A stretch of 32,000 nucleotides of DNA from Halomicronema hongdechloris C2206 (GTDB taxonomy: Bacteria > Cyanobacteriota > Cyanobacteriia > Phormidesmidales > Phormidesmidaceae): assembly GCF_002075285.3 (NCBI RefSeq), contig NZ_CP021983.2:540001-572000 (forward strand), written 5' to 3'. This document shows, piece after piece, positions 18,717-27,616 of the stretch; position 1 is the stretch's first letter; every line of letters begins with the position of its first letter. A model generated the notes under the pieces. That model had not been told where the DNA came from and did not search any database. It worked only from the letters and a program-made list of their open reading frames with translations. Made by a program: the position numbers and the translations under genes.

Positions 18717-19592
18717 CTACGCCACCTGTTCCATCCAGGCGATGCACTGCTGCATCTGTTGGGCCATGGTGGCCCGATCGGCGTGGTAGCGGCGACCGTG
18801 GCCGGGGAGCACCCATTCGAAGGAATAGGCGGCCAGTTTTTTCATGGATTGGATCAACTCGGGCCAGGAGTACCAGCAGGCCCGACGGAAGGCATGGAGA
18901 TGTCCCAGACCAGGAGACCAGGCCAGGTGGTCACCGCTGAAGAGCACCCGATTTTCATAGAGCAGGACGGTGTGGCCCTTGGTGTGGCCGGGCACAGGGA
19001 TGATTAGCAAGTCTGGGGCCAATGATACGGGCTCCTGGCCAGTCAGGGGGATTTCTACGCCCCGGGTGCCCGGGCTGATATCGTCCTGGTGCAAGATGCG
19101 ATCGCACCCAAACTGCTCTCGAAACCGCTGATGATCCGCCACATCATCCCGATGGGTGAGATAGAGATAGCGCACCCCGCCCAAGGCCTGGAGCTGTTTT
19201 ACTAGGGGTGGGCTAAACCGGGGCGAATCCACCAGCACATTGCCCTGGGGACGTCGGATCAAATAGCTGGCGGCCCCGAAGGAGCTTTCGGCATGGTAGC
19301 CACAGTGGTACACATCGTCAGTGACCGGGATGGGAAAACTCTGCTGCACCTGGCGGATCTCCTGGGGCGGTTCCACCGTACCGATGGAGGCAGTGGGGCA
19401 GGCCAACAACGCCTGCAGGGCTGCCTGCCGTTCGGCCTCAGTGCCAGGCTGATGGGATACTGCCGATTGCCCTTCTACCCGTTCAAACACAGAAGGGGCC
19501 ATCCAACGGCAGGTGTCACAGTCGATGCAGCTACTATCGACATAGATATCCCCTGACACGTTTTGGGGTCGTCGTCGAGAAAGGGTGGCCAT
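18717..19592 (-). CDS. MBL-fold metallo-hydrolase with an N-terminal single-cluster ferredoxin-like domain
   Basis: From ATG 19592: MATLSRRRPQNVSGDIYVDSSCIDCDTCRWMAP...LLACPTASI (CxxCxxC...CP). The MBL motif follows: LTHRDDVADH, PGHTKGH. The track ORF extends to TTG 19715, which is less likely. Confidence 0.8.
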   Translation of the reverse strand: MATLSRRRPQNVSGDIYVDSSCIDCDTCRWMAPSVFERVEGQSAVSHQPGTEAERQAALQALLACPTASIGTVEPPQEIRQVQQSFPIPVTDDVYHCGYHAESSFGAASYLIRRPQGNVLVDSPRFSPPLVKQLQALGGVRYLYLTHRDDVADHQRFREQFGCDRILHQDDISPGTRGVEIPLTGQEPVSLAPDLLIIPVPGHTKGHTVLLYENRVLFSGDHLAWSPGLGHLHAFRRACWYSWPELIQSMKKLAAYSFEWVLPGHGRRYHADRATMAQQMQQCIAWMEQVA

Positions 19593-19771
19593 AGAGGTTA
19601 CTGAATCCTTATCTCTAGGGTAATCAATCGTCCCTTTCCCGTTGGCGTCTGAACGGTACAATACGTCCCGAGGGAGTTTGAACTGTGCCTGCAGCCCGGC
19701 CCGGTTGCGGCTCAAGCGGGATCACTCAGCTCCTGGATATCACCCCTATTGACCTGACTGCCAACTAGCCT

Positions 19772-20074
19772 ATGACGGACGAGCAAGACAATACGACCCC
19801 TCAACCCGAGGAGCAGCCTCAAGCCCGGGAAGAAGCGCCTGCGGCAGAGGCCCCAACCTCTCCCTCGACCGAGGATGAGGAGACGATAACTGATGCCGCC
19901 GCCTCTGAACCCGAAACGCCAAACACAGCTGCAGAGCCCACCCCTGCCTTTGGCTGGACCGCCTATGCCGAACGCATCAATGGCCGCTTTGCCATGGTTG
20001 GTTTTTTGGCTTTACTGATCCTTGAGTTCTTCACCCACCAAGACTTTTTCACCTGGATTGGGCTGCTTAACTGA
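19772..20074 (+). CDS. High-light-inducible protein (CAB/ELIP/HLIP family) with a long acidic Pro/Glu-rich N-terminal extension
   Basis: The C-terminal FGWTAYAERINGRFAMVGFLALLILEF is the Hlip chlorophyll-binding helix (ExxNGRxAMxGF). It is preceded by about 60 low-complexity residues. Confidence 0.8.
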   Translation: MTDEQDNTTPQPEEQPQAREEAPAAEAPTSPSTEDEETITDAAASEPETPNTAAEPTPAFGWTAYAERINGRFAMVGFLALLILEFFTHQDFFTWIGLLN

Positions 20075-20313
20075 AGACAGAACATTCGAGACAATGGTTA
20101 AGCGTTCAACGTTAAAGTCACGAGTAGTCAGGAGCTGGAGCCGAAGGTGAACCCTGGGACAGCTCCGTTGCAGACGGCAACCGATTGAGTTGTGGTGCCT
20201 ATCGTACATTGACCCCACAAACGCAACTTGGGTGGTTTGCTTGAGTCAGCTCCCAAAATCTACTGAGAGCCGACACGCTTGGTTGACACGCTGCTGCTGC
20301 TCCTGCTGGTAGG

Positions 20314-20574
20314 CTAGAATAGCCTCTCGCCAGCAGAGGTTTCCCAAAACATTGAGCCTAAATTCTGATGACGACGCTTCAATGCCTGTTGATGACGGGG
20401 GACACTGCTTTTGGAAATTCCGGTGGCGGCGGCGATTGATCGAATTGTTTGAGAGCCCTTGTCTGCCAGCCTCGCTGCGATTTGCTGATAGTGATCGTCG
20501 TATCCTCGGAATCGTCTTTGAGGATACGATACTGTCCCTAGCGCTCTATCGCGGGAGCATCTCATCGTCAGCAT
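20314..20574 (-). mobile_element. Orphan transposase-like N-terminal HTH fragment (remnant)
   Basis: GC-rich ORF piece ...SYPQRRFRGYDDHYQQIAARLADKGSQTIRSIAAATGISKSSVPRHQQALKRRHQNLGSMFWETSAGERLF*. The HTH pattern (SxRxIAxATGISKSSVxRH) is typical of transposase/resolvase N-termini. No catalytic domain follows in any frame. It sits exactly at the compositional junction. Confidence 0.3.
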
Positions 20575-21247
20575 GTTTAAATTTCCCATAGTTGAGCATT
20601 TTAGGCTCAAACGCATATCCTAAAAACTCAACAACTTTCTTAATAGCCGTAGATGTATCCTCTACTAAATCTTCATAGCGGACTATAAGTTTATGGCTAG
20701 GTTTAAGGTTATCTGCGACTTCAAGTACGGATTTATTATATCTGTACCAAATCTCTAATCCTCTCTTTGGATTATTGATAAACCAAGGACTCATAGCAAC
20801 TGAGCGTGCATCTCTAACGAGATGGATCAGTTTAAAGTCTGCGAAATCCTGATAAATTTTATCTAAGAAAAGGGATTGTCTAGGCTCTTTTATTACGACA
20901 GATTTTTTCTTTTCTTTTCGGCGAATTTTCTGAAATAGATGCTGGGGATTTCCTTTGCAGAGATAAAAATTCGCAGAATAATAATCACATATTTGCTTGT
21001 ATTTTTCATTAACGGTTTTTCGCTTCCAGTCCCTGCGGAAATACTTCGGAAATGCAATTTCACAAGGTGCCGAAATTTTAGAGTGGGAATCTAGAATCCG
21101 AATTAACATGGTTGATCCGCTTCTAGGCGAACAACCAATGAACGCAATTCTATTATCCCTGATAGTCTGAGGTTGGATTAGACTCGTCGCAGGATCAGAA
21201 TAAGTTAATATAGTAGATGTAAGCTTACTGATACTTTCTCTAAGCAT
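20546..21247 (-). CDS. Sulfotransferase-family protein (PAPS-dependent), probably 3'-truncated at the island junction
   Basis: 5'-PSB loop IGCSPRSGSTML and 3'-PB-like HLVRDARSVAMS. The last roughly 9 codons (HADDEMLPR*) are encoded by GC-rich flank DNA. Confidence 0.75.
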   Translation of the reverse strand: MLRESISKLTSTILTYSDPATSLIQPQTIRDNRIAFIGCSPRSGSTMLIRILDSHSKISAPCEIAFPKYFRRDWKRKTVNEKYKQICDYYSANFYLCKGNPQHLFQKIRRKEKKKSVVIKEPRQSLFLDKIYQDFADFKLIHLVRDARSVAMSPWFINNPKRGLEIWYRYNKSVLEVADNLKPSHKLIVRYEDLVEDTSTAIKKVVEFLGYAFEPKMLNYGKFKHADDEMLPR

Positions 21248-21364
21248 TAGCCCAATATTCTTAAGAACTTTCTAAGTTACTAATTACTGTAAGTAGGCTG
21301 TATATTTCGATAATAAGATAGATTGTTATCTACAAGGAACGACATCAAATGTGGGCATAAACCC

Positions 21365-22465
21365 TTAAATTATTAGGGACTTATATGCCTGTATGGTTTG
21401 CTCGGCAGCCTTTTCCCACGTGAAATCTTGTACTCTTTGCTGACCCTTGGAAATTAGACGTTCTCTTTCTAGGGGATGATTAAGTAGAAGTAGCAGTAGA
21501 TCTGCTAAGTCTGTGGGAGAGTTAGGATTGAATAAAAAACCAGCATCGCCCACAATTTCAGGAAAACATGAAGCCTTAGAGGCAATAACTGGCGTTCCAC
21601 ATGCCATTGCTTCTAACAGCGGTATTCCAAAGCCTTCGTAGAGAGAAGGGTACACAAAGGCAACACTACATCTATAAAGCTTAGCGAGATGATGATCACT
21701 AACATTCTCGAAGACTTCTATAGCACTACCTATCTTAAGTGAATTAACCATCTCTTGTTCGCTTTTATTAAGAGGCCTTCCTACAACGCAAAGTACAGCA
21801 TCTGACTGTAAACTCAAGATCTTTGAAAATGCCTTCAGTAAAACCTGAAAATTCTTATAGTTTAAGTTACGGGAACCTACATATAAAAAATATGGACGAG
21901 ACGGAATGGCTTCGGGACCATAAGACATGCTTTCATTCAAATCAGTTGCATGATAGATTACTTTTAGCTTATCCTCGGGGACAGAATATCTTTCTAAAAT
22001 ATCTTGCTTCGTGTTTTCTGATATACAAATGATTAGATCAGCAGCTTGAGCGGCCCTCAGCTTCACTTTCGCAACCTGCCCTAAAGGATCCATTTGCTTC
22101 GAAAATATTTCATGGACCATATCATGGAAGGTTACAACTACAGGCTTACCATAACTCTTTAAATCTTGACCAGTATGAGACCAATAGTAAGTTGGATGAA
22201 TCAAGTCAAACTCTGCAATTGCTGTTGCTAACCTTAGGAAATTGCTACCCAGAGGTTCAAAGAGGCGTTTTGGTTTATTATTAGTGAACGGATAAAAATA
22301 TTTTATTAGCCCTGGATGTTCTGGATAAATAACTTGATTGGAGCGATAACCTGTTATGATAGGACTGAAATCTTTAGGAAGTGCTTCAACAAGGTTTTTA
22401 AAGTAACGACTAATACCACCTCGGGTCTGGAGTTTATATATCAAGCCGTCATATAGAATATGCAT
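21365..22465 (-). CDS. Glycosyltransferase family 4 (GT-B, group 1)
   Basis: 366-aa ORF. The C-terminal EGFGIPLLEAMACGTPVIAS (E-x7-E region) is typical of GT4. Confidence 0.85.
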   Translation of the reverse strand: MHILYDGLIYKLQTRGGISRYFKNLVEALPKDFSPIITGYRSNQVIYPEHPGLIKYFYPFTNNKPKRLFEPLGSNFLRLATAIAEFDLIHPTYYWSHTGQDLKSYGKPVVVTFHDMVHEIFSKQMDPLGQVAKVKLRAAQAADLIICISENTKQDILERYSVPEDKLKVIYHATDLNESMSYGPEAIPSRPYFLYVGSRNLNYKNFQVLLKAFSKILSLQSDAVLCVVGRPLNKSEQEMVNSLKIGSAIEVFENVSDHHLAKLYRCSVAFVYPSLYEGFGIPLLEAMACGTPVIASKASCFPEIVGDAGFLFNPNSPTDLADLLLLLLNHPLERERLISKGQQRVQDFTWEKAAEQTIQAYKSLII

Positions 22466-22574
22466 AGAATCTCAACCATATTAAACTCTGCGGTAGACTT
22501 TCTAATATTAAATGCGAGATTGTTATCCCTAAAAACTAGAACTTTTGGCGAAAAATTTGTTTAATCTATTATTT

Positions 22575-23663
22575 TTATTCGACTTGCTGTAGGCATCTAG
22601 AAGCTGGAAAGTCTTTAGTATATTTAGAAAATAATGATGAAAAATGAAATTCATCAAATTCTCCGCCTATATCAACTGTGATCCACTCACTTTTATCTAG
22701 ATTAAACATGTGAAAATGAGGATAATAAAACTTAATGCCACTCGACAAAAAACCTGGCCAGTGAGAAAAAGAACTATTACCGATAACTAGGATATCTGCA
22801 ACAGCCATATGATGAATTGCCTCCATTGCTGGCTCATTGCAATGGAATATTAGATTATTACTAGAGATAGAGTGTAACTCTCTTTTAAGAGAATTCATCT
22901 CTTTTTCAGATCCAGATGAATATATATGAAACTCATGAAAATCACTTTTAATGAGTCTGTTCAGCTTCGATAATAACGCTTTATAATAAGATAATGGTAA
23001 GAAGCGCTGGTTTTCGACTGATGCATCATCTCTTCTTATGTGAACAGCTATATTAATGGCGTCTGGATTAAAATAACACTTTTTCATCGAGTGCTTTTTT
23101 CCAAAATATTTTCTCTTAAGTTTCTGAATGACCCTACTATAAAGATTAGGATCTATTTTACCTTGTCTACCCCAATCATAAATTTGATAGAGCATTACTC
23201 TGATCCCTTTCTGGAAGCAGAATATAACTTCCCTATTCTTATTGTCTTGATTGAAAATCTTTTCAAAGTATTCAAGTGGAGAACCATCCCAAAAGTTAGG
23301 ACGTCGCCATTGACGTAATTCCTTAATTGGGGATTTCTTTAAGGTGGAATGGACTCTGTATTCCAGCCATTCAATATGTCGAATGGCAAATCTGGATTGA
23401 GGATTCAAATGCCTAATCCCTAAAAATGGGGTACATGATATGATTGGCAAGTCTTTTCTAAAGTCCTCGGAGAAGATTATTTCATCTTCACCAAAACCGA
23501 AAAAATCTTCCCATTTTCCCTGCGGTAAAGGGCTGTGAAGGTATTTTAAGTTATGCCATTCTGCGAGGATAAAACCAGTTATTAAATCATCAAGCTTATG
23601 CCCGATTCTGTGCCCAGAGTTTGGGATAACGGTGATATAACTAGTATTTAATTTTTGAGTCAT
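22575..23663 (-). CDS. Putative GT11-like (alpha-1,2-fucosyltransferase-like) glycosyltransferase, divergent
   Basis: IAVHIRRDDAS resembles GT11 motif I (HxRRGDY). ADILVIGNSSFSHWPGFL resembles the GT11 IIxNSSFSWWxAxL motif. N-terminal NSGHRIGHKLDDLITGFILAE stands in place of GGLGNQmFqYA. Confidence 0.5.
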   Translation of the reverse strand: MTQKLNTSYITVIPNSGHRIGHKLDDLITGFILAEWHNLKYLHSPLPQGKWEDFFGFGEDEIIFSEDFRKDLPIISCTPFLGIRHLNPQSRFAIRHIEWLEYRVHSTLKKSPIKELRQWRRPNFWDGSPLEYFEKIFNQDNKNREVIFCFQKGIRVMLYQIYDWGRQGKIDPNLYSRVIQKLKRKYFGKKHSMKKCYFNPDAINIAVHIRRDDASVENQRFLPLSYYKALLSKLNRLIKSDFHEFHIYSSGSEKEMNSLKRELHSISSNNLIFHCNEPAMEAIHHMAVADILVIGNSSFSHWPGFLSSGIKFYYPHFHMFNLDKSEWITVDIGGEFDEFHFSSLFSKYTKDFPASRCLQQVE

Positions 23664-23710
23664 AATTTAAACTTTTTAAGCAAATTACCTATCCTTAGTG
23701 CTTAAAATAT

Positions 23711-24553
23711 TTAGACTATATAATTTAGCTTTGATAAAGAGTCGGAAGCAGTTTGGAGAAAATACTTTTGAATTTCTATTGGCATTTCATCTTTGTATGA
23801 GCCGGCTTTGCCTCGACGTGCGAAAAGCTTATCTTTAGGCCAAGCTGGATTGTTCATTCCAAATTTCATCTCTTTAGAACGCATCTTATTGAATGCTGTT
23901 TGCCGCTCAATTTCTTCGAGGCGATATCTAGGAGCATCAAAGCCAATAAATTTACAAATATTCTCGAGTTCCCCTACGAAATTATGAAGCATATCTTCAT
24001 ATTTTATCAGAATTAAATCTGCTCCATAGGGATTTTTAAGCCAGGCCTCCACGTGTTCATGCCAAAGCTTTTTTTGAAACAAGCCGTCTTTCTCGAGCAG
24101 TAATTGCTCAAAACTAATGTCGATTCCTTGCCGTTCTCTTAAGACCTTTAAGTAGTAGAAATAAGAGACCATTACGTCCCGGCCATCACGAACAATATAT
24201 ATGACCTTTCTATAGTCTGGCCTCGGAAAACTATGAGACTTAAACACCATAGAAGTTCGATAGCGTCTATAGTAACGTTTATAGTGTACATCTGGAATCA
24301 AATCCTGAATTACAGAATCAGGCGTGAATTCTGGATTTACACCATATATAAGTCCAGCTAATATATTCTGAAACCATGTATTCCCTGATTTTGGGTAACC
24401 GACAATGAATATGTCATTGTCGAAAAACTCTGATATAGGAATGGTTTCCGTAAATGTTCGAATTCTCTGATCAATTTTGGCGCTTACCATTCTTCTCACT
24501 GGCTTAGTAAGGGGTTTCAAGAGAGGAATAGAATCGATCATACTAAAATCCAT
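23711..24553 (-). CDS. Sulfotransferase (Sulfotransfer_1-like, PAPS-dependent)
   Basis: 5'-PSB YPKSGNTWFQNIL, 3'-PB IVRDGRDVMVSYF and C-terminal RRGKAGSYKDEM (RKGxxGxWK-type) motifs. Confidence 0.85.
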   Translation of the reverse strand: MDFSMIDSIPLLKPLTKPVRRMVSAKIDQRIRTFTETIPISEFFDNDIFIVGYPKSGNTWFQNILAGLIYGVNPEFTPDSVIQDLIPDVHYKRYYRRYRTSMVFKSHSFPRPDYRKVIYIVRDGRDVMVSYFYYLKVLRERQGIDISFEQLLLEKDGLFQKKLWHEHVEAWLKNPYGADLILIKYEDMLHNFVGELENICKFIGFDAPRYRLEEIERQTAFNKMRSKEMKFGMNNPAWPKDKLFARRGKAGSYKDEMPIEIQKYFLQTASDSLSKLNYIV

Positions 24554-24900
24554 TTCTTTTAAGGGATTTGTTAGCTTAAATCAATATCATAATATACTAA
24601 AATGTAATGACCAAGCTATTTGACACTATTTAAAAAGCCAAGTCTTTACGATTTCATCTTGGTCTTTAAGTTGATATAAAATTTTGAATTTATTCTGTTA
24701 TTTATTTGGGAGTTACCAACCAAAATGGGTTTTCATTAATTAAATGTATGTAAAGAATATGTTAAATTCTTATAGATACTATTTAGGGGATATTGCATTG
24801 AGTGGAAGTGTTTGCTTTTAGAACCTTGAAATATATTAGAGAGACTAGATAAATGTTCGAAAGATTGATCTATCAGGTTAATCAACACTCGAAGCCAATA

Positions 24901-25887
24901 TCACTTTAATAAATTAGATACTAGTTTCTTCCCACTAGCTTCTAGATGAACTATTCTTGGATAAAATTTGCTCCCAGGTAAAGAGGAAAAATAGTGAAAG
25001 TATATTTGTGGGTTAAAAGGATCAGCGTCTAAAGAGAGCCTTAAGTACTTTTTCCCTAAAGTGACGGCTTCTTCATGATTAATTGCACTGCCATGACATA
25101 ACAAGCGCCGACCAATATTGAAGAGGTAGTTAGCTTTTTGTGGTAGAGAAAATGATCCAATACTTCGATATTCGCTAAATAGCTTAGAGTGATGCTTCTG
25201 AAGAAAATGTAGATATCCTTCAACAACAGCACTATGATTGATAGAACCTCGATTTTTGTCGCTATGGTCACGATATTGAACGAGTGGTTCTGGAATCAGG
25301 TCAAACTCACAATTATGTGCAAGTTGCAGCCATATATCCCAGTCTTCACAACATCTCAAGCGTGTATCAAATCCTAAGGTTTTCTCAATGTAATTCCTTT
25401 TTATCATTGGTGTGGAAGGAGTGCCAATGAAATTTGAATATAGTAAGTCTTGTTCTATATTGCCATGTAAACTTGGTTTTCTTAGTTTTTGGAATTGAGC
25501 ATTTATATCAACAACTTTTAGCCAAGTATAAATAACGCCAATTCGCTCATTGGCTTCATTGAATCGATCAATCTGTCTCTGTAATTTGTCAGGCATCCAT
25601 TCATCATCAGAATCTAAAAAGGCAACGTACTCTCCTTTTGCCTGTGCTAGCCCTGTATTTCTAGCAGCGCATACCCCCATATTTTTGTTGTGCTTTATAT
25701 ACTTTATACATGACTCATAGAGGCGATCAATTGTTGCTGTTGTCTGATCCGATGAGGCGTCATCTACAATGATGAGTTCGAAGTTGCTAAATGTTTGCTT
25801 TAATACACTTTTGATGGCTTTTTCTAAGAGAACTGCTCGATTATAAGTAGGTATGATAACACTGACAATAGGGTCTCTGTCTGGCAT
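24901..25887 (-). CDS. Glycosyltransferase family 2
   Basis: VSVIIPTYNRAVLLEKAIKSVLKQTF..ELIIVDDASSD and FLDSDDEW (DxD) motifs. Confidence 0.9.
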   Translation of the reverse strand: MPDRDPIVSVIIPTYNRAVLLEKAIKSVLKQTFSNFELIIVDDASSDQTTATIDRLYESCIKYIKHNKNMGVCAARNTGLAQAKGEYVAFLDSDDEWMPDKLQRQIDRFNEANERIGVIYTWLKVVDINAQFQKLRKPSLHGNIEQDLLYSNFIGTPSTPMIKRNYIEKTLGFDTRLRCCEDWDIWLQLAHNCEFDLIPEPLVQYRDHSDKNRGSINHSAVVEGYLHFLQKHHSKLFSEYRSIGSFSLPQKANYLFNIGRRLLCHGSAINHEEAVTLGKKYLRLSLDADPFNPQIYFHYFSSLPGSKFYPRIVHLEASGKKLVSNLLK

Positions 25888-26611
25888 GAAAATTCATCTC
25901 CTAAAATAGATGATGAAAAATATTTTGAGGGACTAACTATGATCATCCAGTCGCTAGAGTGGCTTCGGCTCTTCTGGGTTTGTGACTGAAACTGTATCTC
26001 AGGGCACAATATTTGCCTGATTCGGAGGCTGAAGCCCTTGCCAGACAGCACATAAGTCCCACTTATCACCCAATACTCAGAAGAGCTGTGGCTTCCTATA
26101 TATGAGACGTTTGTCTATTTTGAATGACTGATAAACGTCGAGATAATAAAAGCGGCTTTAACTTGCTCTGCTTAAACAGCACTAAACTATTACAGGATAG
26201 ATGACTCTTTTGACCATCGTCTTAGTTATCGATGGAGATTCGATGAAGCTTGGCTTGGATGTAGAAAAGATTTTGTAAATTACTTGCTCTTCAGCGCTTA
26301 CTAGGACTCAATTGCCCTCTGCTCTAGCGAGTTATTCCCTAACCTAAACATCTATATTTAACTATGAGATCAAGATGATCTACCTGCCTGAATTTTAGTA
26401 AACCAAAGCAAGTGAAAATACGAAGTATCGATCGTCGCGGTACAAAGTTACAGATGCCAAGAGCATATGTGAATTATGTTGAGGTCTTGGTACTGCTCTC
26501 TCGGATTGCCATACTGAATGATTGCCGACAATCTGGCATCAGAAAACCTATTTATAATTGTCTGCAGGTAATCTGATGGTGGACGACATAATTCAGCTAT
26601 GCTGGAGTCTC

Positions 26612-27070
26612 CTACAACTTCATTTGTACGGAGGTTGCTTCTGGCTCTATATCCCCTAAGAAGGCCATAGCTTTCTTCTGCATCATCTTGAAGATGTTGT
26701 AGAACCCGTTGGCTCTAGAGGGAGTGAGGCTGACATCGAGTTGGGTTTCTTTGATAAAGTCTGGTGTTAGGTCGATGACTTCTTGGGGAGTGAGGCCATT
26801 GAGTGCCTTAATCAGTAAGGCAACCAGTCCCTTAGTGATCTGGGCATCTGAATCAGCTTGATAGTGCATCTTGCCATCTTGTAGGTCAGCTATGACATAG
26901 ACCTGAGAGACGCAGCCTGGCACTTTATTATCGGGTACCTTAGCCGCTTCGGGAAGTGGCTCTAGTTTCTTGGCAAACCAGAGTAATTGCTCATAGCGTC
27001 GCTTGGGATCTGAAGCTCGTTGAAAACGATTAACGATTTTGTTGATGGAAGCAGGACGAGAAGCAGCCAT
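26612..27070 (-). CDS. sufE: Cysteine desulfuration protein SufE
   Basis: 152-aa ORF. RYEQLLWFAKKL...VPGCVSQVYV (active-site Cys) is typical of SufE. Confidence 0.9.
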   Translation of the reverse strand: MAASRPASINKIVNRFQRASDPKRRYEQLLWFAKKLEPLPEAAKVPDNKVPGCVSQVYVIADLQDGKMHYQADSDAQITKGLVALLIKALNGLTPQEVIDLTPDFIKETQLDVSLTPSRANGFYNIFKMMQKKAMAFLGDIEPEATSVQMKL

Positions 27071-27145
27071 TGCGATCGCAATCTAACAGCATAGTGGCTC
27101 GGCAACGCGAACCCTATCCCATTGTAGCTCTACACCTGAGCAGCT

Positions 27146-27409
27146 TCAGCCATCGGCTTGGCTATCTTTGCTGGCCACAAAGCGATGGGCTACTGTTTCC
27201 GGCTGGATTGCTGACAGAATGACATGACCTGAATCAGTGATGATCACGGCCCGAGTCCGGCGACCATAGGTAGCATCGACTAGCTGCCCTCGCTCGCGAG
27301 CGTCGGAGATGATGCGCTTGATCGGTGCCGACTCTGGGCTAACGATGGCAATCACTCGGTTCGCTGACACGATGTTGCCAAAGCCAATATTGATCAGCTT
27401 GATGTCCAT
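27146..27409 (-). CDS. remA: DUF370 / RemA-family protein
   Basis: 87 aa. [67 protein letters not shown] is the highly conserved RemA/DUF370 sequence. Confidence 0.88.
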   Translation of the reverse strand: MDIKLINIGFGNIVSANRVIAIVSPESAPIKRIISDARERGQLVDATYGRRTRAVIITDSGHVILSAIQPETVAHRFVASKDSQADG

Positions 27410-27616
27410 AATAAAGAAGGGAGCGCCGAGGTTGCCGCTTATGATGGCTAATAGGTCAATGGTAGCGACAAAAAAATAGACCTACAAGGTGAAAATTCGG
27501 CGAAATCCCATTTCTCCAGCCATCTTGATTCTCTAAAAGAGTCTGATGGGACAATGGTTCCAAAGACTACAAAATGATGGCTCTTACACCGACGACTATT
27601 GCTGAGGCAAGGTTCC

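Larger units (their letters stand above)
20575..26100. other. AT-rich genomic island (glycan sulfation/glycosylation gene block). The right edge is diffuse, somewhere in 25.9-26.6 kb
   Basis: There is an abrupt composition switch at about 20575. Hand counts of 60-nt lines give 19/60 G+C at 22561, 22/60 at 24301 and 20/60 at 26101, against 35/60 at 15001. I saw no GCGATCGC between 19105 and 27072. All five ORFs are on the minus strand. Confidence 0.7.

Noticed and set aside
25824-26069. 81-aa minus-strand ORF overlapping the GT2 start
   Set aside because: It overlaps the 5' end of the well-supported GT2 gene in another frame and has no recognisable motifs.
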